32,000 bases of DNA from Bellilinea caldifistulae (lineage in GTDB: Bacteria; Chloroflexota; Anaerolineae; Anaerolineales; Anaerolineaceae), in contig NZ_LGHJ01000018.1 of NCBI RefSeq assembly GCF_001306055.1, positions 1 to 32,000 on the forward strand. The letters run 5' to 3'. Positions 26,061 through 32,000 of this stretch are shown one piece after another. The notes under the pieces are model-generated. The model worked only from the letters and a program-made list of their open reading frames with translations, had not been told where the DNA came from and ran no database searches. The position numbers and the translations under genes are program-made. Within the stretch, counting starts at the first letter, position 1; each line of letters begins with the position of its first letter.

Positions 26061-28235
26061 ATGGCTGTTGAAACCCTGATCGTCCTCATTCCGCTACTGC
26101 CATTGCTGGCTTTTTTTGCGATTGTGTTGTTTGCTCATCGTAACAATGCGCTATCTCACTGGCTGGCATTGATCGCGGCTGGGGTGGCGTGGATGCTCAG
26201 CATGATTGTTTTTAGGCGCGCCGTTCAAACGGAAGAACTCAGCCGGTTTCCTTTTGCGGCGGCGATTGAATGGCTGCCAACTGGCTCAGCCGCCCTGAAA
26301 ATTGGAGTCCAAATTGACCCGCTCAGTGCAGTGACCCTTTTCTTCGTGGCCTGGACGGTGTTGATGATTTTCATTTACAGCATCGGGTACCATAACTTTG
26401 GACAACCCAAGGGTGAGCACGACCGTCCCGGCTTGCCCCCGCACGGCGCAGAAATCAGAGATGGGCACGGGCATGTGCATCGTGTCCCTTCCATTGAGCC
26501 GATGTATGCGCGCTTTTTCGCGTTGATCAGCCTGTTTGCCTTTGCGATGTTTTTGCTGGTGATAACAGATAATCTGTTGACGCTGTACATCGGTTGGGAA
26601 ATCATGGGGCTTTGCTCTTACCTGTTGATTGGATTCTGGTATGCCAAAGAATCGGCACGCAATGCCATGATTAAGGCATTTCTGACCACGCGGGTGGGAG
26701 ATGTGTTCATGCTGCTGGGGCTGGCTGCTCTCTATTCCCTGACTGGTACATTGAACTATCAGGTGATTTTAAACAATCCAGCTGTCCTGAACGGCCTGGC
26801 CAGCGCAGCTTCACCCCTGGCGGGGGTTTCCTGGGCAGGTTTGATTGGGATTCTGTTGATTATTGGGACGATTGGAAAATCAGCGCAATTCCCGCTGCAT
26901 ATCTGGCTGCCGGATGCCATGGAAGGTCCAACCCCGGTTTCGGCGATGATCCATGCTGCCACGATGGTTTCGGCGGGGGTGTATCTGGTCATTCGGTTCT
27001 TCCCCTTGCTCTCAGCCGGATGGGACGGTCATCACCTGACTTTGCCGATGCTGGTAATGGGGGCGGTGGGGGCATTTACTGCCCTTTTTGCGGCGACAAT
27101 AGCCCTTGCTCAAAATGATATTAAGCGAGTGCTGGCTTACTCCACCATTTCTCAATTGGGATACATGATTGCTGGATTGGGGGTGGGTGCTTATGTAGCT
27201 GCGGCTTTTCATCTGGTCACCCACGCGTTTTTCAAGGCTTTGCTCTTCCTCGGTTCAGGGTCGGTCATTCATGGCATGGAGCATGGGGTCTTTCACACGG
27301 GTGAAAACATTGACCCGCAAAACATGCTTTACATGGGTGGTTTGCGGAAAAAGATGCCGCTGACCTTTTGGACCTTTCTGGCGGGGGGACTGGCACTTTC
27401 CGGCTTTCCGTTGATCACCGCCGGCTTCTGGTCAAAGGATGAGATTTTATCCGGTGCGTATGCCAGCGGACAGACAGCGATTTTTTGGATGCTGGCAGCG
27501 GCAGCCCTTTTGACCGCTTTTTACACCATGCGCCAGATCACCTTGACCTTTTTGGGACAACCGCGCAGTCATTCAGCCGAGCACGCCCATGAATCGAGGC
27601 CGGTAATGACCATCCCGCTGGTCATTCTGGCATTCTTTGCAATCACTGCGGGTTGGGTGGGGATTCCGGAGTACTTTCCGGCGGTTGGTGGGCTATTGCC
27701 AAACTGGTTTGAGGAATTTGTCGGGAGCATGCTGGTCTCGCATGGCGAAACGGCGCATTTCAGTCTGCTGCCACTGGGGGTTTCTGTAGTGGTTGCGCTA
27801 GGCGGTTTGTGGATGGGTTGGCTGACCTATCGAGGTGTTGTCAGACCGGTTGATCCGCTGGAAAAGCCATTGGGAGGGATATATACTTTGCTGCGAAATA
27901 AGTATTATGTGGATGAATTCTACCAATGGGCGTTCATCCGGCCGGCGCGCTGGCTGGCTGAAACATTAACTGATCGTTGGCTGGATCGCACGATAATTGA
28001 TGGCGCGCTGCATTCGATTGCCGGTTTTGGGGTTTGGCTGGGAAAATCCCTGCGGAGATGGATTGATCTGCCCGTGATTAATGGCGCGGGCGATCTGACG
28101 GCTGCCGGCACACGCAATCTGGGTGCTTTTCTCCGTTCGCTGCAATCCGGTAGAGTGCAGATTTATGCGACGGTTGGATTGGGATTGGCGGCGATGGTTG
28201 CCATCCTGATTTACTTCCTGTGGGTGATTGGTTGA
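26061..28235 (+). CDS. nuoL: NADH-quinone oxidoreductase subunit L (ND5 family), elongated
   Basis: 724 aa with ...YIGWEIMGLCSYLLIGFWY..., ...GKSAQFPLHIWLPDAMEGPTPVSAMIHAATMV... and a C-terminal lateral-helix region (VDEFY...IIDG...LQSG). It is clearly longer than my remembered lengths for E. coli and Thermus NuoL (a little over 600 aa). Confidence 0.94.
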   Translation: MAVETLIVLIPLLPLLAFFAIVLFAHRNNALSHWLALIAAGVAWMLSMIVFRRAVQTEELSRFPFAAAIEWLPTGSAALKIGVQIDPLSAVTLFFVAWTVLMIFIYSIGYHNFGQPKGEHDRPGLPPHGAEIRDGHGHVHRVPSIEPMYARFFALISLFAFAMFLLVITDNLLTLYIGWEIMGLCSYLLIGFWYAKESARNAMIKAFLTTRVGDVFMLLGLAALYSLTGTLNYQVILNNPAVLNGLASAASPLAGVSWAGLIGILLIIGTIGKSAQFPLHIWLPDAMEGPTPVSAMIHAATMVSAGVYLVIRFFPLLSAGWDGHHLTLPMLVMGAVGAFTALFAATIALAQNDIKRVLAYSTISQLGYMIAGLGVGAYVAAAFHLVTHAFFKALLFLGSGSVIHGMEHGVFHTGENIDPQNMLYMGGLRKKMPLTFWTFLAGGLALSGFPLITAGFWSKDEILSGAYASGQTAIFWMLAAAALLTAFYTMRQITLTFLGQPRSHSAEHAHESRPVMTIPLVILAFFAITAGWVGIPEYFPAVGGLLPNWFEEFVGSMLVSHGETAHFSLLPLGVSVVVALGGLWMGWLTYRGVVRPVDPLEKPLGGIYTLLRNKYYVDEFYQWAFIRPARWLAETLTDRWLDRTIIDGALHSIAGFGVWLGKSLRRWIDLPVINGAGDLTAAGTRNLGAFLRSLQSGRVQIYATVGLGLAAMVAILIYFLWVIG

Positions 28236-28253
28236 TCGGGGAGGATGGAGAGG

Positions 28254-29795
28254 ATGGAATTGATTACCAATCATCTGTTGAGCCTGATCCTGTTCACCCC
28301 CACAGTGGCTGCGTTGGTGATGTTGCTGCTGCCAAAAGACAAAACCACTCTGCTGCGTAATTTTGCTCTGGTTGCCTCGCTGATTCCGTTTGTCCTTACT
28401 CTTGTGGTCTGGGCAGGTTTTGATCCTCAACCGAGCCCTGGCGTGCCTTTTCAGTTTGTAGAAAAAGCCGAGTGGTACAGTGCTATTCGATCTTCCTATC
28501 ATCTGGGGGTAGATGGAATCTCTCTGCCGATGGTTCTGCTGACCACTTTATTGACCCCGTTGGCTATCCTGGCATCCTACAGCATCGAAGAGCGGGTCAA
28601 GTCCTACATGATCCTGTTTCTTTTGCTTGAAACGGGCATGTTAGGGGTCTTTCTTGCACTGGATTTATTGTTGTTCTTCGTTTTCTGGGAAGTCGGCCTG
28701 GTGCCGATGTATTTTTTGATTGCCCAGTGGGGCAGTAAAAATCGCAACTACGCCGCGCTGAAATTTGTGTTGTACACCATGGGGGGCTCGCTTGGCTTGT
28801 TGCTGGCCATTCAACTGATGGGAGTGGCAGTAGGCAGTTTTGACTTGCTGGAATTGTATCAGCGCTGGCCGGGTCTGAATGAATTGAGCATTCCAATTGG
28901 ATTACCGGTTGCAACCGTCAAGGCAATTGCTTTTTGGGCATTTGTGGTGGCGTTCGCCATCAAAGTTCCGGTCTGGCCTTTCCATACCTGGCTGCCGGAT
29001 GCCCATACCGAAGCGCCAACCGCCGGTTCAATGATTCTGGCGGGAGTGTTGCTTAAACTGGGTGCCTATGGCTTTTTACGCCTGGTTTTGCCGCTCTTTC
29101 CGGCTGAATCGCAGCAATATGCCGGCGCGCTGGCATTACTGGGGGTGGCTGCCATCATTTTTGGAGCATTGGGCGCCTGGGCGCAAAATGATTTTAAGCG
29201 TTTGATTGCCTACTCGTCCATCAATCACATGGGTTTCGTGGTTCTGGGCATTGCTGCTGCCGCAGCCCTGTTAAATACGAGTTCGCCGGTAGCACTGCTG
29301 GACAAGAACATCGCCCTGAACGGGGCGGTGCTGCAAATGTTCAATCATGGCCTCAGTGCTGCTGGGATGTTCTTCCTGGTGGGTGTGTTGTATGAACGCA
29401 CCCATACCCGTGATCTGAATGATTTTGGCGGTTTATTTGCCGTAGTCCCAGTTTATGGCGGTGTATTGATCTTTACGGCGATGGCATCACTTGGGCTACC
29501 GGGGTTAAACGGCTTTATTTCGGAATTCTTGGTGGTGAGAGGGGCGTGGCCGGTGATGACGCTGGCAACAGCATTGTCCATGATCGGCCTGTTCTTTACC
29601 GGAGCTTATATTCTCAAAGCCTTGAAGATGGTACTGCACGGCCCGCTGAATGCCCGCTGGCTGGGTCACTTGACCGATATGACCCGCCGGGAAATGATGG
29701 TGATTGCCCCCCTGATGATCCTGATGCTGATTTTAGGGGTTTGGCCGGCGTGGCTGCTGGATGTGATCAATCGCGCGGTAGCTTTTCTGTTTTGA
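28254..29795 (+). CDS. nuoM: NADH-quinone oxidoreductase subunit M (ND4 family), copy 1
   Basis: ...FFVFWEVGLVPMYFLIAQWG..., ...KVPVWPFHTWLPDAHTEAPTAGSMILAGVLLKLG... canonical NuoM motifs. ATG 28254 has GGAGG 9 nt upstream. An in-frame ATG at 28245 is also possible. Confidence 0.93.
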   Translation: MELITNHLLSLILFTPTVAALVMLLLPKDKTTLLRNFALVASLIPFVLTLVVWAGFDPQPSPGVPFQFVEKAEWYSAIRSSYHLGVDGISLPMVLLTTLLTPLAILASYSIEERVKSYMILFLLLETGMLGVFLALDLLLFFVFWEVGLVPMYFLIAQWGSKNRNYAALKFVLYTMGGSLGLLLAIQLMGVAVGSFDLLELYQRWPGLNELSIPIGLPVATVKAIAFWAFVVAFAIKVPVWPFHTWLPDAHTEAPTAGSMILAGVLLKLGAYGFLRLVLPLFPAESQQYAGALALLGVAAIIFGALGAWAQNDFKRLIAYSSINHMGFVVLGIAAAAALLNTSSPVALLDKNIALNGAVLQMFNHGLSAAGMFFLVGVLYERTHTRDLNDFGGLFAVVPVYGGVLIFTAMASLGLPGLNGFISEFLVVRGAWPVMTLATALSMIGLFFTGAYILKALKMVLHGPLNARWLGHLTDMTRREMMVIAPLMILMLILGVWPAWLLDVINRAVAFLF

Positions 29796-29802
29796 GAGGT
29801 GA

Positions 29803-31281
29803 GTGATGCAGTTTCCAATTCTGAGCGCTCTGATCTTCACTCCCATTGTAGCCGGGATCATTCTGCTGTTCCTCCCTGCCGAAAATCGAGTTTGGATTCG
29901 GCGGATTGCACTGGTGGCAGCCACACTGATCCTGCTAATGTCTTTTGTCCTGTATTTTACTTATGATGTCAGTCGGGGAGGCTATCAATTCCTCGAAGAA
30001 GCAAAATGGCTTCCGCAATTTGGTATCCATTACAAACTGGGTATTGACGGAATCAGCCTGCCGCTGGTTTTGCTTTCGGGACTGGTCATTTTCTCGGGTG
30101 TGTTGGTTTCATGGAATGTCGAGGATCGCCCGCGTGAGTTCTTTTCGTTCCTGATGTTTTTGGGGGCGAGTGTTCTGGGCGTTTTTTGTGCACTGGATTT
30201 ATTCCTGCTGTTTTTCTTTTTTGAACTGGCTGTTTTTCCAAAGTATCTGATGATTGTGGTATGGGGTTACCCAAAGACGCGTGAATATGGCGGCATGAAA
30301 TTAACCCTCTACCTTTTCATTGGTTCGGTAATTGCGCTGGTCGGCACCCTGGCGATTTACTTTGGCTCCGGTTTGCGAACCTTCGATTTGCTGGCATTGG
30401 AACAGGCTGGCTTCCCGGCAGAATTTCAGCGTTTGTGGTTCCCGTTTGTCTTTCTGGGTTTTGCCATTTTGGGAGGCATTTTTCCCTTCCATAGTTGGGC
30501 GCCGGATGGCCATGTCGCTGCCCCGACCGCCATCTCAATGCTGCTGGCCGGGGTGGAAATGAAAGTTGGCGCTTTTGCGGCTTTGCGGGTTGGTATTCAA
30601 TTATTACCCGAAGGGGCGCAGTATTGGGCAGCGGCTATATTGCTGCTGGCGACAATTAATGTGGTGTATGGAGCTTTTATTGCTATGGTGCAGACCGATT
30701 TCAAGTATGTCATTGGCTTCTCGTCGGTTTCACACATGGGATTGGTGCTGATTGGTTTTGCAACCCTCAACCGGGACGGCTTGCTGGGAGCCGGAATGCA
30801 GATGTTTTCCCATGGGGTAATGACGGCTCTCTTCTTTGCGATTGTTGGAATGGTGTATGATCGCGCCCATACTCGCGAGATTGGGGCGTTGGGCGGTCTT
30901 GTGCAAAAAATGCCCTGGGCAGCGGTGGGGTTTATCATTGGCGGTTTGGTTTCGATGGGAATGCCCGGTTTTTCGGGTTTTGTTTCGGAAATTCCGGTGT
31001 TCATGGGGGCGTGGCAGGTGGCTCCGCTGGTGGCTATCGTAGCCATCCTCGGTATTCTGATCACCGCAGCCTATATCTTCCTGGTTGTGCGGCGGGTTTT
31101 CTTTGGGGAAATTCCCCCAGCGCTGGATCAAAGCGTTACCGATATATCCCGTAAGGATAAACTGGTGATTGGAATGTTAGCACTGGTGATGATATTGCTG
31201 GGGTGGTTTCCCTCGCTCCTGACCCGTCTGATCGAACCCGGGGTTCAATCCATTTTAGCCCTGATTGGAGGTGGCCGGTGA
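29803..31281 (+). CDS. nuoM: NADH-quinone oxidoreductase subunit M-like (ND4 family), divergent copy 2
   Basis: 492 aa with ...FFFFELAVFPKYLMIVVWG..., ...GIFPFHSWAPDGHVAAPTAISMLLAGVEMKVG... This is the same fold and motif order as copy 1, with diverged consensus positions. Confidence 0.88.
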   Translation: MMQFPILSALIFTPIVAGIILLFLPAENRVWIRRIALVAATLILLMSFVLYFTYDVSRGGYQFLEEAKWLPQFGIHYKLGIDGISLPLVLLSGLVIFSGVLVSWNVEDRPREFFSFLMFLGASVLGVFCALDLFLLFFFFELAVFPKYLMIVVWGYPKTREYGGMKLTLYLFIGSVIALVGTLAIYFGSGLRTFDLLALEQAGFPAEFQRLWFPFVFLGFAILGGIFPFHSWAPDGHVAAPTAISMLLAGVEMKVGAFAALRVGIQLLPEGAQYWAAAILLLATINVVYGAFIAMVQTDFKYVIGFSSVSHMGLVLIGFATLNRDGLLGAGMQMFSHGVMTALFFAIVGMVYDRAHTREIGALGGLVQKMPWAAVGFIIGGLVSMGMPGFSGFVSEIPVFMGAWQVAPLVAIVAILGILITAAYIFLVVRRVFFGEIPPALDQSVTDISRKDKLVIGMLALVMILLGWFPSLLTRLIEPGVQSILALIGGGR

Positions 31282-32000
31282 GCTCTGCCTTCACTCCTGA
31301 AATGTGGCGCTCCATTTTTCCTGAAATCGGGTTGCTGATTCTTGCAATCGTCTTATTAGTTTTCGATCTAATCTGGCTTAAACAGCCTCAGATGCGCGCC
31401 AGATGGCTGGGGTGGATGACCAGTATCGGGATTGTCCTGATCATGGGGATTTCGGCTGGAATTTCAATGCCCCAGGGCCAGGGCAGCGTGGAGTGGGGCG
31501 GAATGCTGCGATTCGATGCCGCTGGATTTGTATTTCGGATGATTTTCATGAGCGCAGCCGCATTGACCGCTCTGTTTGCCAGCCAGTTTGAGGCATTGAA
31601 AAAACGAGGTGAATTCTATGCCCTTTTGTTGATCAGCACGCTGGGGATGAATCTGATGGCTTCGGCTGCAGATTTGATTTTGCTCTTCCTGGCGATTGAA
31701 ACTACCTCGCTTCCTTTGTATGTCATGGCAGGCTTCTTGACGCGGGATGACCGTTCGGTAGAAGCCGGCATTAAGTATTTTCTTTTTGGGGCAATTACCT
31801 CAGCCGTTATGTTGTACGGTTTTAGTCTGATTTACGGTCTGACCGGCACTACCCAGATTTATGAATTGCGTTCCGCTTTTCAAGCGGGTAATTTACCGGT
31901 CGGGTTAGCAGAATTAGTGATTGTTCTCGTACTGGTCGGTTTCGGGTTCAAGATTTCTGCAGCGCCGTTCCATTTTTGGGCGCCGGATGTTTATTCGGGT
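31278..32000 (+). CDS. nuoN: NADH-quinone oxidoreductase subunit N (ND2 family), 3' part outside window
   Basis: Not in the ORF track because it is open-ended. GTG 31278 (GTGA overlap with the nuoM copy 2 stop) reads VSSAFTPEMWRSIFPEIGLLILAIV...DLILLFLAIETTSLPLYVMAGF...GIKYFLFGAITSAVMLYGFSLIYGLTG...KISAAPFHFWAPDVYSG. ATG 31302 is an alternative start. Confidence 0.88.
   Translation, partial: MSSAFTPEMWRSIFPEIGLLILAIVLLVFDLIWLKQPQMRARWLGWMTSIGIVLIMGISAGISMPQGQGSVEWGGMLRFDAAGFVFRMIFMSAAALTALFASQFEALKKRGEFYALLLISTLGMNLMASAADLILLFLAIETTSLPLYVMAGFLTRDDRSVEAGIKYFLFGAITSAVMLYGFSLIYGLTGTTQIYELRSAFQAGNLPVGLAELVIVLVLVGFGFKISAAPFHFWAPDVYSG

Noticed and set aside
1-32000. Search for tRNA or rRNA genes, CRISPR arrays, transposases, integrases, IS ends, prophage or toxin-antitoxin pairs
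   Set aside because: The only non-coding gaps over 100 nt are 454-747, 13087-13208, 17347-17495, 20844-21087 and 23489-23601. None shows cloverleaf-like tRNA structure, spaced direct repeats or terminal inverted repeats. No ORF resembles mobile-element or defence proteins.

Overview
Most of this window is conserved housekeeping DNA. On the + strand it holds the 3' end of tuf, then an almost complete S10-spc-alpha ribosomal-protein supercluster: rpsJ, rplC-D-W-B, rpsS, rplV, rpsC, rplP, rpmC, rpsQ, rplN-X-E, rpsN(Z), rpsH, rplF-R, rpsE, rpmD, rplO, secY, adk, map, rpmJ, rpsM-K-D, rpoA, rplQ. This is followed by truA-rplM-rpsI and a YabN-like methylase/MazG fusion gene. A convergent minus-strand pair follows: tryptophanase plus a DUF3887-like lipoprotein. 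Next come a strikingly AT-rich divergent promoter region, a three-gene cluster of poorly characterised membrane-associated proteins (21088-23488), and a respiratory complex I cluster with the order nuoA-H-J-K-L-M-M-N (nuoN runs off the window). I saw no rRNA, tRNA, CRISPR array, transposase, integrase or phage genes. The gene content, Zn-ribbon ribosomal protein variants and nuo layout suggest a Chloroflexota-like or other deep-branching lineage, but that is only an inference. The best candidate for something undescribed is the free-standing Toastrack/SHOCT-like three-gene membrane module at 21088-23488 with its own promoter. Next is the membrane-arm-only, two-nuoM complex I cluster, whose NuoL has an apparently duplicated segment in the lateral helix. 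Third is an unusually long, structured rpsJ-rplC spacer that appears to split the S10 operon. All family assignments come from reading the translations by eye. No database search was run, so start codons and domain calls need HMM or BLAST confirmation.
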